From Octopus bimaculoides (Eukaryota): 64,000 nucleotides of DNA. Positions within the stretch are counted from its first letter, which is position 1; every line of letters starts with the position of its first letter. Under the pieces are notes generated by a model. That model did no database searches and was not told where the DNA came from. It saw only the letters and a list, made by a program, of their open reading frames with translations. This document shows, piece after piece, positions 12,903 to 25,790 of the stretch. A program made the position numbers and the translations under genes. The DNA lies in contig NC_068981.1 of the NCBI RefSeq assembly GCF_001194135.2, forward strand, positions 160,784,718-160,848,717. The letters are read 5' to 3'.

Positions 12903-15900
12903 GTGGCCTTTTCTGAGTGGGCTATGAAAAAGAGGAAAAATGTATCAAACTCAAAAGTTTCTAAAGACACAAAATGCTTAATGGTTAACTATGAGGAGTT
13001 ACTTTCTGAGTTCACCAGAGTCAACATTGCTTTCATCACTTCAGCATCATTAAAATACCAGTAATATAATGGAGTCAATGATACTCTCACCCTGAGGCCT
13101 TGTGCCTATATTAGAAATCATTTGTTATTTTTATTACTAGGTCAGTGCAGAATGAATGGAGTATGGAATAAAATAATTTTTGGTATTTAGTAGTGTCACT
13201 TGGAATTTAGTTAATAATTTGATTTTCATTCTTCTAGTATTGATACAATATGTTCTACTCATATACTAGCATTGATATAATCATATATTCCATCCAACAC
13301 CAAAATAAATAGAATAAATTGTTGCTGTTTGTAAGCATCTTAGTAACCATCATTATTAGCATTGACCCTGGTTACTCAAGACAGATTGAATTTTTGGATT
13401 CACTTGTGCTTTCTTGGATGATAATTTCTGTTTGTTTTCTGCTTCCCTCACTTTTCCTAATTGCAGTTAGAGCTTATAGGTGGAACTGAGTTATCATTTT
13501 TGTGTAAGCTATATAACAGAAATATTGCAAGTGAGAGCTGTTACTGCCAACCATCTCAACTGCATCTATTAACCAATAAAATTTCTTCAGCAATATGTAA
13601 ATGTACAAATTTGTTAAAAGCATTCCAGCTATATTAGAATGATAAAATGGATGATAAACAGATACATAAATCTTTCCTATAAATAATTTTTTTTCTGTCC
13701 ACTTGAGTATTGAGAAATGGTGAGGGGTCTTATTGAAGTAACAAAGAAGGAAGAAAGAAGATTGTGAGTTGGATGGAATCATCTTGGTGTAAAATGCAAG
13801 CTTTTATAGCAATGGCTATTGATTTGATAAATCAAATAGAGCAGAAGAGAAACTAACAGAACATTGAATTATAGTAACTTTGTTCTTTAATGTTTCTCTC
13901 TTGCTTCATAGACAACCATTTATTATTCTACACCACCTTCCAAGATTTAATCCTTAATCTTTACTCTTCATTGGATTGAAAATTGAGTTTCTGTTTTCTC
14001 TTTAAAAAATTAGTTTTTCTTGTTCTTCATCCTTATCACACACCACCTTCTGACTTAGAATTTTAGAAGTTTCTTATCTTTTACTAAATATAAAGAAAAT
14101 ATTGTTTTACTATGGTTAAATTCTGTTTTTTTTTAAAAAGTATCTTTTAAATATTATCACCTAGTAAACTCAAATAGTGCAAACATTCTGTTATACTACT
14201 GTCAAATTTTTTTCAAACACAATGTTTCCAGAACTACATTATCCAATATTTTTTTAAGGTGGTAAAATGTGGTTTGAGGGAAGTTTAGATGCTATTTTTA
14301 TCGGGTTGAGTGACTTTTAAATGTTTTAAAACATTGTCATTGTGTTCCTTTTTATCCCATCTTTTCTCTTTATTGCTTCTAAACATCTGTTTGAGTGGTT
14401 TTACATTTTTGCTTTTCACTTTTAACTCTTTAATTTCTATCCACAATCAATCTCATTCATCACTCATGTGTCATCTTATTTTATCATCTGTTTAAGGCAG
14501 GTGTTTTTGAATTGTTACATTAAACACTAGGATTCTGAAACAATTTCATGAGGTTTTACGAGAGACTGAGTGGAGCTGTGAAGTTGGGTGGATTATCATT
14601 CGTCGTTGAAAAATTACTGCAAATTCAATCATGTTGGTTTTATGTATATAGATATATTCAATGAACATGAGTTTTTTTCCTTGTAAGGTTTTTGAGAAGG
14701 GCAACATCCATAGTCTTTTTAGGCTTTCATAGATCAGGAAATGGAAACAGGGATAAATGAGTGAGGCTGGTATGATTGATGTTCTGTTTAAATTTCTTGC
14801 TGGCTGTGGGGATAAGGCTTGGTCACTGCTTAATATGAAGTTGAGAAAATAAGGGCAGTGAGCTGGCAGAATCATTAGCATGCTGGGCAAAATGCTTGAT
14901 GGTATTTTGTTTGTCTTTATGTTCTGAGTTAAAATAAGTACCAGTTGAGTACTGAGGTTGATGTAATTGATTTATTCCCTCTCCTGAATTTGCTGGCCTT
15001 GTGCCAAAATTTGAAAACAATATGAAGTTGGGAAAATGATGCAAGGCACAGTAGGACATTGAGATGTATTGAGAAGGTTTAAGAAGTACAGAGTCAATAA
15101 TTTGAAAGCAACCTATGAGAATTGTGACAAGGGGATGACGCTATACATGGGTAATGGGGGTGCTAGTGGTTGTTGGACCCTTCTGGTGTTGGTGCCACAT
15201 AAAAAGCACCCAAGTTCACTCTGTAAAGTGACTGGCATTAGGAAGGGCATTCAACCATAGAAACCATGCCAAAGCAGACAATGGAATCTGGTGCAGCTCT
15301 CTGGCTTCCCAGCTCCTGTCAAGCCATCCAACCCATACCAGCATGGAAGGCAGAGGTTAAATGATGATGATGATGAAAAGCCTTGCTCTTAGGATTTTGA
15401 TTTTTAAACTTAAATTCTGTAACTAAGGGGGCGGGGGGGGGGAGAAAAGAAAAGAAAATCTTTGGTGGAAACCAGAGATTGGAAATTTGTATGTTTGAAG
15501 CATTTCTTGTTCCACTGGCATATTTTCAGTTTCTTTCTTTTTATTCTTTTTACTCCCAAATTGCCATTACATTAAATTGTTGAGATTCATATCAATTAAT
15601 TCCTATTATTTCCTCTATTGAACAAAGTGCTGTTTATTGCATTAATCTATGTACATTTGTATATGTATGCTGCTTACATATTATATATGCATTTCTATAA
15701 CCTTAAACAATTCACTAGTAACCATAATAGATTGCAAAGTTACATTAATATTTCAAATGGTAGTGTATTACTTCAACACAAGGCCACACATTTATAAGTG
15801 AAAGGATTGAAATTGTTTGACATTTATACCCTTTGTAAATGCATCTCTGTGAATGGAAAAAAAATATTGTTAGCTGTGAATTGAAACTGACTTGTGCACT

Positions 15901-17140
15901 TGGCTTGCTGGGAGTTTTAACTCTTATGAACATTAATAAAAGAGAGAGTAGAAACAATTAGGTTATTTTATTACTTTAGTATTTTTTTTTCTTTCTTTTC
16001 CCTCCTTTTTTTTCTCATTCAGATTTATTTCTGGTCATATTGTAAAGCTTATCAATTGATTCGGTGAAATTGCTTTTTTTTTTATAACATGCATTTTCAT
16101 TGGGTAATTTTTGTTTTTGTCTGTTTATTAAAGGAATTATTTTTACAGGATTTTTAAAGTACACAAGAGGGGTGTGGCAGTGTCTATGACCTTTGGAGAT
16201 TGATGTGTCTGACATAAACACAGACACATTCATGAGTATGCACATACACAATGAACTTCTGTAAAGTTTCTGTTTACCAAATTCCTCTTATAAGGTACTG
16301 TCAACTTGAGGCATAGTGGAAGATACTTGTCTAGAGAGATTGAAATTAGAATCATTTGTTGCAAAACTGACAGCTTAACTCATGCAGCCATGTCTGTACC
16401 TCACAGTCTATTTCTCCAATCAATCTATACTAATACCTGGTAGTTGGAATTTTGGCACTAATAGTGGATATAAAGTACTCAACTATTATACTTTCGAATA
16501 AATAATCGGAATGGTTTTACAACCTTATATTTTTCAGGATTTACTAATGTGTTTACAACTAACTAATGACTTTCTAGAAACACTGAATCTTCTCTGTATC
16601 TCTACCATTTCTACAACTATTTCTGCAAACAAGGAAGTTGATCTGCAGTTAGTTGGTAGACCTCTTAGAAATAGGAACCAAATCTGCCTCAATATTCTAC
16701 CTCCTTAAAAAAATGAAAGGAAAGAAATATTAGTTACTGTAGTCTTGGATAATATATATCTGAAAAAAAAAAATTGATACAGGTAGAATATTTGATTGAT
16801 CATAGGCCTGCTCAGTCAGGATTGCCTTAGAGCTTAGCAACAACAATATAATACTGGCTCTGCAGAGCTAGTAAAAGTACATATCATAATAATCTTATCT
16901 GACCAAACACACCAACTGCATTTATCATTCCTCTTTGTCATCTTTGCTGTGTGTCATCCTAGAAATCTAATTTATATGATATACTTGACCCATTTTTTCT
17001 CATGAGTGTCTCCCTTCTTATATTTTTAGATACCACACTGAACTGTCAAACTGAATATCACTCTCCTCTTGTCTGAGAGGGCTGTCAAAGGGACAGTGAT
17101 ACTACCTCTCCTCTTACACCTTGGGCTTATTTACTTATTG

Positions 17141-18560
17141 CAGTGATTCTCAACTTGGTAGGGTCCACATGACCCTTGGGAATTCATGTATGATTTAGTT
17201 GTTAAAAAAAAGTATTTTAGCAATTTTTTAAAATAAAAAGCACCATACGAGCGTGGTTGATGCCAGTGCTGCCTGACTGGTCCTGTGCCAGTGGTACATA
17301 AAAAGCACCATTCGAGTGTGGTCATTGCCAGTGTCACCTGACTGGCTCCCATGCTGGTGGTATGTAAAAAGCACCATTCGAGTGTGGTCGTTGCCAGTGT
17401 CACCTGACTGGCTCCCATGCTGGTGGCATGTAAAAAGCACCATTCGAGTGTGGTCGTTGCCAGTGTCACCTGACTGGCTCCCATGCTGGTGGCATGTAAA
17501 AAGCACCATTCGAGTGTGGTNNNNNNNNNNNNNNNNNNNNNNNNNNNNNNNNNNNNNNNNNNNNNNNNNNNNNNNNNNNNNNNNNNNNNNNNNNNNNNNN
17601 NNNNNNNNNNNNNNNNNNNNNNNNNNNNNNNNNNNNNNNNNNNNNNNNNNNNNNNNNNNNNNNNNNNNNNNNNNNNNNNNNNNNNNNNNNNNNNNNNNNN
17701 NNNNNNNNNNNNNNNNNNNNNNNNNNNNNNNNNNNNNNNNNNNNNNNNNNNNNNNNNNNNNNNNNNNNNNNNNNNNNNNNNNNNNNNNNNNNNNNNNNNN
17801 NNNNNNNNNNNNNNNNNNNNNNNNNNNNNNNNNNNNNNNNNNNNNNNNNNNNNNNNNNNNNNNNNNNNNNNNNNNNNNNNNNNNNNNNNNNNNNNNNNNN
17901 NNNNNNNNNNNNNNNNNNNNNNNNNNNNNNNNNNNNNNNNNNNNNNNNNNNNNNNNNNNNNNNNNNNNNNNNNNNNNNNNNNNNNNNNNNNNNNNNNNNN
18001 NNNNNNNNNNNNNNNNNNNNNNNNNNNNNNNNNNNNNNNNNNNNNNNNNNNNNNNNNNNNATAAAAAGCACCATTCGAGTGTGGTCATTGCCAGTGTCAC
18101 CTGACTGGCTCCCATGCTGGTGGCATGTAAAAAGCACCATTCGAGCGTGGTTGTTGCCAGTGCCGCTTGGCTGGCTCCTGTGCCAGTGACATGTAAAAAG
18201 CACCATTTGAATGTGGTCGATGCCAGTGCTGCCTGACTGGTCCTGTGCTGGTGGCATGTAAAATGTACCTGCTACACTCTTGGCGTGGTTGGTGTTAGGA
18301 AGGGCATGCAGCTGTAGAAACCTTGCCAGATCAGATTGGAGTTTGGTGCAGCTTGCTTGGCTTGCAAGTCTTCAGTCAAACTGTCCAACCCATGCTAGCA
18401 TGGAAAGCGGATGTTAAACGACGATGATGATGAATTCCTAATAATATTTAATTATAATAGTTTAATGGGATTTTTAAAATCTTCAAATGGCTATGGGGTT
18501 CCAGTACTGGAAAATAGGAATTAAAGGGGTCCACAGGCAAAAAATGCTAGAAAACCACTG
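17141..18560. mobile_element. hAT/Charlie-type MITE interrupted by a minisatellite-bearing retroelement
   Basis: Ends cagtgattctcaac (17141) and ctagaaaaccactg (18560) form imperfect CAGTGGTTCTC-type TIRs; 8-bp flanks acttattg / gtttatta. Confidence 0.5.
17235..18260 (+). repeat. 66-bp minisatellite array (partly in an N gap) at the 5' part of an RTE-tail element whose body runs 18260-18433
   Basis: Unit aaaaagcaccattcgagtgtggtcgttgccagtgtcacctgactggctcccatgctggtggcatgt starts at 17300, 17366, 17432, 17498, 18063, 18129 and 18195. Confidence 0.95.
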
Positions 18561-18752
18561 GTTTATTAGCTTCAGTCATTGGACTGTATGATTATGGTGA
18601 AGTACTGTCTTCACAGATTTTTTTCTAGGTAATTGCTTAGATCTCTCCTCATTCCAGTACTTATGTCAGCTTTGTACTTATTTCATCAATCTCTGTTTAC
18701 CTTTGTACATAAATGGACACAACTGAACACTCCTGAACACACACACACACAC

Positions 18753-18795
<43 letters not shown>

Positions 18796-19298
18796 CAGTA
18801 ATTTCCACTTCCAATGTATTATTTAACCCAATGCTGCAGTACAGAAAGGCCTCTTTCATTAACTTGTCGATTTCATTGTGTTTTTAAAGCCAGTCAAATC
18901 CACCCAGTTTTAATATTGATCCTTAGGCTTATCAGCTTTTATCATTGTCATAAATGACTGAGTGATCTCTTGGTTGTATCTCTGTATTTTGTCTGTGGCA
19001 ATATATAATCATTGCCAAGTTTTCATATCTTGATGATTAAAGTTTGCAAAACTTTAGTTAGTCTTTTTCCCTTCTGTTACTTCCTTTTCGGTGTTTACTC
19101 TATTATTAATGTGTCAGTTAACTTTGCTATAACTAATACATATTCCTTTTGCAAATTGTCTTTTTCTGTCCCTCTTACTGAGGTGTGTTCATGGTACACA
19201 CTCCCACATGCACACATGCATCCAAAGAGAGACACTAATGTATGAATGCAGAATTGGATACAGCAATTATGTGAGGAGAGAGAGAGAGAGAGAGAGAG

Positions 19299-19332
<34 letters not shown>

Positions 19333-20485
19333 GCACACACACATTTTTATATGAGAGAGAAAGAGAGAGAGAGAGACAATTAGCATTTGTGGAGCAATGG
19401 AATGCTAATTTAATGGACTGATAAATTCAAACTCAGCAATTATTATAGTTTGCTTGATATTATCTGTTCTTGTGAAGGAAGTGAGCTTATGATGTTATTT
19501 TGCAGTCATCTTGCTCCAGCAGTGTAGGATTTAATGGTTGTCATAACTTTACTCATCATCTTGATATATCTGATTGTGGCAGTTAGCTCAATGGTGCTGT
19601 ATATTTGATAACTTGATAGAACTCTTAAGATGCAGAAAAGAGAAATGATATTTCAACTCGCCCACAAAATACTGTAGAAGTTTTTTCTTTTGCTTTATTT
19701 TTACCTTCTTGACTATTCTTTAGCCACAAATCAGTCCTGGTCAAACAGACATATGGCCAACTGTGAGCATCTGGCAGCATCTGTCTTTTTTCCCCTTCAA
19801 TTATAGTGTACTCTTCATTGAGCTACTTTTATCAGTATGTTGTTTCTATATGGTTGGATGATGGTGTGATATAAAGAATTTGGTTACTATTTCTAGCAGG
19901 TCAAGCTCCCCTTTGGTTCATTTCTTTTACCTTTGCAGTCATTGGTGTGATAGACTTTGGGCAAGAGGGTCATTCATTTGTATTTGCGTCACAAACACTA
20001 TTTGGTTTTCATAGCTAAGACAACCATTTACTGGTCTAGTTCACCTTATTTCAAGTAGGAATAGCTGAAAGCATGACATAATTGATGACAGTTTAATTGA
20101 CATGCTGTGCTGAGCTCAAATCTCATCATTGAAAATAATTTCAAGATTTATTCTCTTGAAATCATGCATTTATGGACTCATCAGTTTCTGAAATCTCACT
20201 GCAGTTGACCCTTATGCCCATATTTCCTTGAAATAGATATGCAATTGATGAATTGATTGCTAGGACTGCAGTAGTTTAGTTGATTAGAGTAAAAACATAA
20301 TGAAAATATTCTGAAGTCATGAAAAAGTACTTTGGTTTTCATAAACATCAGTATTTTTGTTGTTGATGTTATCCAATCACAATTCAGCTCTGATCAAGCA
20401 TACCTTTGATCAAAGGCACTCCAATCCTGACTAACCTTGTCTTTATTTCTAGCCATAGTGTATCTATGATTATATTCAGTATGTA

Positions 20486-21351
20486 CGAGGTCTAATCAGT
20501 AAGTATTTAGACTGTTGCCATAGTAACATAGCTAAAGCACGCAGAGTGAAGCCACTTGGCAAAGATTCACCCTGAACTCTGCTGTGCATGCACACTAAGT
20601 TTTAATGTTCTAGCTCACTTTCGCTGTTTACAGCAGTGTTTGGAAGGAAGGTATGTAGTGTGTGATCGTCACATAGATCCTGAGAGAGAAAGCTATCATG
20701 GCGATACCTGCTCAGAGGCCTATGCAATGTTGCAGAAAGTGTATGGAGAGCTGAACACAAGTGTATGAGTGGTTCAGATCTTTCCAAGAGGGCTGAAAAA
20801 AATGTTGATATTGATGAATGTTCTGGGAAACCCACATCCAGCAGAACTGAGAAAAACATTGTAGATGTGTGTGTACAGCTGTGGGGGGAAATTGTGGAAT
20901 TATCATCAAATTGTTGAGGATGTGCAGATTAGTTCCAGTTCAGTTCAATCCATTATCACTGAAGATTTTGGTATGAGACGTGTGTCTGCCAAGTTTGTGC
21001 AAAACTGCATTCAGCTGACCAAAAAGACACTTGGGTTTCAGTTGCACAAGATCTCTTTAATTGTGTTGAGTATGATGAAAACTTTTTGATAGCTTTGCAT
21101 AGGCCTCTAAGAAGGTATTACCAAGCTTTTGGCAAAATTTGATGTAGATTCTCTGCTTAACTTTTTCTGTCATGGTCAATGCGATGATCACATGCTACAC
21201 ACCTTCCTTCCAAGCACTGCTATAAGCAGTGGAAGTGAGCTAGAACATTAAAACTTAGTGCACATGCATAGCAGAGTTGAAGGTCAATCTCTCTGCATGC
21301 TTTAGCTTCGTTACTATGACAACAGTCCGGATACTTATTGATCAGACCACA
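20486..21351 (+). mobile_element. Internally deleted mariner-like transposon
   Basis: Long imperfect TIRs (cgaggtctaatcagtaagtatttagactgttgccatagtaac vs reverse complement tgtggtctgatcaataagtatccggactgttgtcatagtaac) with TA on both flanks. Peptides TCSEAYAMLQKVYG, DECSGKPTSSRTEKNI and SVQSIITEDFGMRRVSAKFV match mariner HTH and WVP-linker regions. Confidence 0.9.
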
Positions 21352-22943
21352 TACTTCCCATTTTGAGGTGGTTGTGTGTTCTTTGAAGGAGATTTCAGTT
21401 GCTACTATACTTGCAAGCCAAGTGACTGCATAGATGGTGCTTTGTTAGGATTTTTGTTTATTATAAACAGACTTAAATTAGCATGTGAGTATCTGTGTGC
21501 TTATTGGAAGACAGTAGCCATAGATTCTCTTCAGAATATTGAATGTATAACTAATGTAGCTAGCTCCTGCATTTTGTGATGATCATTAATGTACATTTAA
21601 CTTGATTTGTAATAAATTTTTAATGGACTACTTGATGAAGCAATCCTTAAACTTGGTTTTATCACATATTTATATATATTTTTCACAGTAGTGTATAATT
21701 GATTAGTTGACTGAATGACATTTGTTGTATGATTGCAACTTCAACACAGCTAATTTGTTTGCTTGGTTGCTTGCTGTACTATTTATTGATCCAAAAATGA
21801 AATTGAGTATCACATGAAGAAATATCTGTGGATAAATAGACATGGGCACTTTAGTCTCGTGAACAAATATGTAAATAACTTGTTCAAAAATCAATTGTTC
21901 AATTTTTACATCATTGATTTCTAATTCAAATAAGCAAAAAAAGTAACCATTTATGAAAAGAAATCAGAAGATATCTTCCATCTCCAAGTGATGTTGTAGA
22001 TTAGCTTTGATTGGAAATTCAAACTGATTTACAAACTTAACCTTCATGAGGAGTTTACCACTTTCTTGCTCTATGGTGCTTGACACAACTCTTGTGTTAT
22101 ATTAGATATTTAAGTTGTTAGTTCTTACTAAGTTGCTTTACCTTTGGTTTAACTGTTGTCTCCCTCCCAATTTTATTCTTTATCATTCTTTAACATTTAA
22201 AAGTCTTGAATATAAAATTCAGTCCTGAAGACTTTCGTATTTATTGTATTTTCTACCATGAGAACATTTGACTGCTGATAAACCACATTTTTTTAATCCA
22301 TCACTAATTATTCACATTATATCATCATCAACACCATCATTTTACGTTCCTATTCTATGCTGGCATAGGTTGGATGGTTCAACAGGATTTGATTAGCCTA
22401 AGGGTTGTGTTGATCTCCAATATCTACTGTGGCAAAGTTTCTATGGCTAGATACCCTTCCTAGCTCCAATCACTGTACAGAGTGTACTTGATGCTTTTTT
22501 TGTGGCACTAGCACTAGTGAGGTTGCCAAGTAATTTACAAAACAAGACTTCTTGAGAGAGTTGAGGTGCAGTATTAAGAGAGGTGGCTTTGAGCTATGAA
22601 GTTGTCTCTTTCATATTTCTGATTGTCTGATTTTCTTTTAATCTTTAGCCACTCCTACATTCCACTTGTTTTAGTCTTTCATTTAACTTTATACATTCAA
22701 TGGAATGTGCTTAATTGATTTCTAACCCATATGTACCACAGATCTTCAACACTCAATACCAGTGTTTCATTTACCATTACAGCAGTAACAGGTGTTAACT
22801 GTATCTAGGTCAATGAAGAATATCATGATTTAATTTGATATAGTTTTTAAATGACATCCTTAGCATAGGTGTGGCTTAGGGATGTGCCGCCTAGGTAGGC
22901 AGTGCTTACCTTCAGTAAAATTTTCCTTTTATGGCAAAATATT

Positions 22944-23860
22944 GCTTCCACACCTGAAACTTCTCCTTCAGATCTTGTAGTAATTCAGCTATTAGAGCAA
23001 GGTCATCAGCATACAGGAGCTCCCATGGGCATCCTGTCTTGAATTCCTCTGTTATTGCCTGGAGGACCATGATGAATAAGAGGGGCCTGAGGACTGATCC
23101 TTGGTGGACCCCTATTCCTACCTAGAATTCTTCACAATACTTGTTGCCAACCCCCACCTTACAGCTTCTCTGTACATAGCTTATACAGCCTTAACTAACC
23201 ATTCATCTATCCCTAGTTTCCACATTGACCACCAGATAAGGATCAGTGGACCTTGTCAAAGGCTTTCTCCATGTCGGTGAAAGCCAAGTACAGAGGTTTA
23301 TCTTTGGCTAGGAATTTCTCCTGCAGCTGTCTTACCAGAAATATAGCATCAGTGGTGCTTCTTCCTGGCACAAACCCATACTGCATCTTGTCTAAACTAA
23401 CTCTCTTCCTGATTTGTTGGGCTATGACCCTCTCTGTGACTTTCATCACCTGATCCAACAATTTGATACCTTGCATGACACTATTACCCAAAGTGGTCTT
23501 TTCTGTAGGCTTTTTCTTTCCATGGATAAACCTAATCTGTTTTCCCTTTTTACATTGACATTTCTGTGATACATGATCCCTATTGATCGTCTCCCCCCCC
23601 CTTTTTTTTTCACGATCCCTTTTGACTGGAATTCGACCCATTTTTTTTTCTTCTTCTTCCCAAAAAGAAAAACTCCACTTTGTATTTTGTCCCCTCTGTG
23701 TTCAGCCCTGTGTGGCCAATAAAGAAACATATCTAATGCGTCACCTTTTCCTTCATAGCAGTTGACTATGGTGCTGCTACACCAGTCATTGGGTATGACT
23801 CCATCATGTATCACCTGGTTGACTATACAGATGACTAGACTATAGCCTACACTGCTAGAT
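22944..23860 (-). mobile_element. RTE-clade LINE reverse transcriptase fragment, interrupted by an insertion at about 23471-23730
   Basis: VIPNDWCSSTIVNCYEGKGDALD / GIKLLDQVMKVTERVIAQQIRKRVSLDKMQYGFVPGRSTTDAIFLVRQLQEKFLAKDKPLYLAFTDMEKAFDKV / GVHQGSVLRPLLF / PWELLYADDLALIAE. Confidence 0.9.
23471..23730 (+). mobile_element. 3' end of a second retroelement nested in the RTE RT
   Basis: T-rich segment ending cccctctgtgttcagccctgtgtggccaataaagaaa, similar to the end at 8097-8130; it separates KGDALD from GIKLL. Confidence 0.55.
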
Positions 23861-25575
23861 ATGTAGAATCAATGTAGAATAAAATGCTTTTCCTCCAAAA
23901 TCACAAAGAAACAAACCCCTGCAGTGCAGTTGAACTCGTAACCCATGGTTTTACTGTGATACTTTACTCACTCACTCACTGCTGCTTATACAGATATGTA
24001 AATAGTAATTATTCTATCAGACTAGAGTCTGCTGAATGTATGTATACCTTGCTCTGTTTTTTGATTTTGTTTAAATTCATTTTTTGTTTGTATATTTATA
24101 TAAAAAAAGTAATATCATGGCTTTTGATTAAATAGCAAACAGAATCTTTTTTGTCCTTGCAGATATGGTTAATTGATAGCAGTGAAGCAAACTGCTTTAG
24201 GAATGGTTTATCCAAAAACTACTGTTATCAAATATGTAACTGTGTGGGTGTAGGAACCACCTTTTCCTCCTTGCTGTAGAATAGAAGCTACTGGCACAAT
24301 CACTTTTACCATCATCACCATCGTCATTGCAACATTATCACATTTGTTATTGTATTTGTTGCTGTTGCCATTGTTATAGTTTCTATTGTCATTATTGATC
24401 ATTTGTAGGAAAAAGAGATTATGTAATGTTCATGTCCTACTCAAGGGTGTTAATGCAAAGACTGTGAAATTAAATGATGGTATTACAGCTTTAAATCAAA
24501 TCAAATTGCTGAGTATTGAAAGACTGGTTTGACAAATTGTCAGAATTGTTAGAGTGGCAGATAGAATGCCTTGTAGTATTTGTTCCAACTAACTGCACAT
24601 TAAGTTCAAACCTCACCAAGGTCAACTGCTTTACTCCCTTTCATGGTTGATAAATGAAGTATTAGTTTGATACTGAATTGATTCTTTCTCTTTCTTCTCT
24701 GCTGTTAGCCACATTGTATCATAAAAAGGATTGAGTGAAGGGTCAGCAATCTTTCCTTATCGAAAAACTGACATCAAACTGGAACCATCCAAGAACGGTT
24801 AGATGTGCAGTACAGCATTGAACTGAAAATAGAAGTGTTGCTACATTATTACTTCAGACTGGTTCTTCAAGTTTGTTTGTGCTATATTCTTTCCTGATAA
24901 TATCTGGGTTAATTTCTTCCTAGTCTTTCTAAATTTAGTCACCCAAAATACAATACATCATTTGTATCTATGAAGTAACAGCCAGACATACATATTTTCT
25001 CTATTTCTGCTTAAAACATTTGGATTCAATATTTCTGATTATCATCAGAAATATTGAATTTAGAGTATTTATAACTTCGGGCTTTCATAGAGCAAAATAA
25101 CTGAGAGACAAGCCAATTGAAGAATCTCTACAGGGAGCCTTTAAAATCTAATTAGAAATAATTTTGCATTTAGAAAAGAACAATATTAGTGAAAGACTAA
25201 TATCATTTAGAGTTTTTTCATTTTTAATATCTGGTAATATATTTTCTTTTATATTTAGGATAGGTAAGATGACTAAGTGCATTCATCATCATCATCATCA
25301 TCATCGTTTAACATCTGTTTTCCATGCTAGCATGGGTTGGATGGTTCAACTGGGGTCTAGGAAACCAGGAGGCTACACCAGGCTCCAGTCTGATCTGGTA
25401 GCGTTTCTACAGCTGGATGCCCTTCCTAACACCAATCACTCCATGAGTGTAGTGGGTGCTTTTTACATGCCACCGGCACAGTTGAGTATATAATTAGCTA
25501 CCTTATTGGCTATAATTAAGTTTACTGTTGGCATTTTGTTGTAGTTATTGCTTTTAGTTTCAGATTGTAGTTTAA

Positions 25576-25790
25576 CCCTTTCGTTACTGTATTTATTTCG
25601 AGATTCTCTGTTTCTTTTAATTACTTTCAATATAAAGGATTTAGTAAAATAACTTAGTTATCATTCAGCTAGTGTTAGGAACATAAATTGTGATTAAGGT
25701 TTGATGGAAGATTTTAATTCAAAACTTATGAAAATACGACATTTGTACTCAGAGCCAGAGCTGGTTTCAGCTGGGTTGGTATCGAAAGGG
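25576..25790. mobile_element. piggyBac-type MITE family 2 (related copies about 29935-30160 and 40690-40915)
   Basis: TTAA|CCCTTTCG ... CGAAAGGG|TTAG terminal inverted repeats. Confidence 0.7.

Noticed and set aside
17235-18260. CRISPR-like array or repetitive protein ORFs (22-aa repeats)
   Set aside because: Units are contiguous with no unique spacers, the context is eukaryotic with no cas genes, and the ORFs arise only because 66 is divisible by 3 and N runs lack stops
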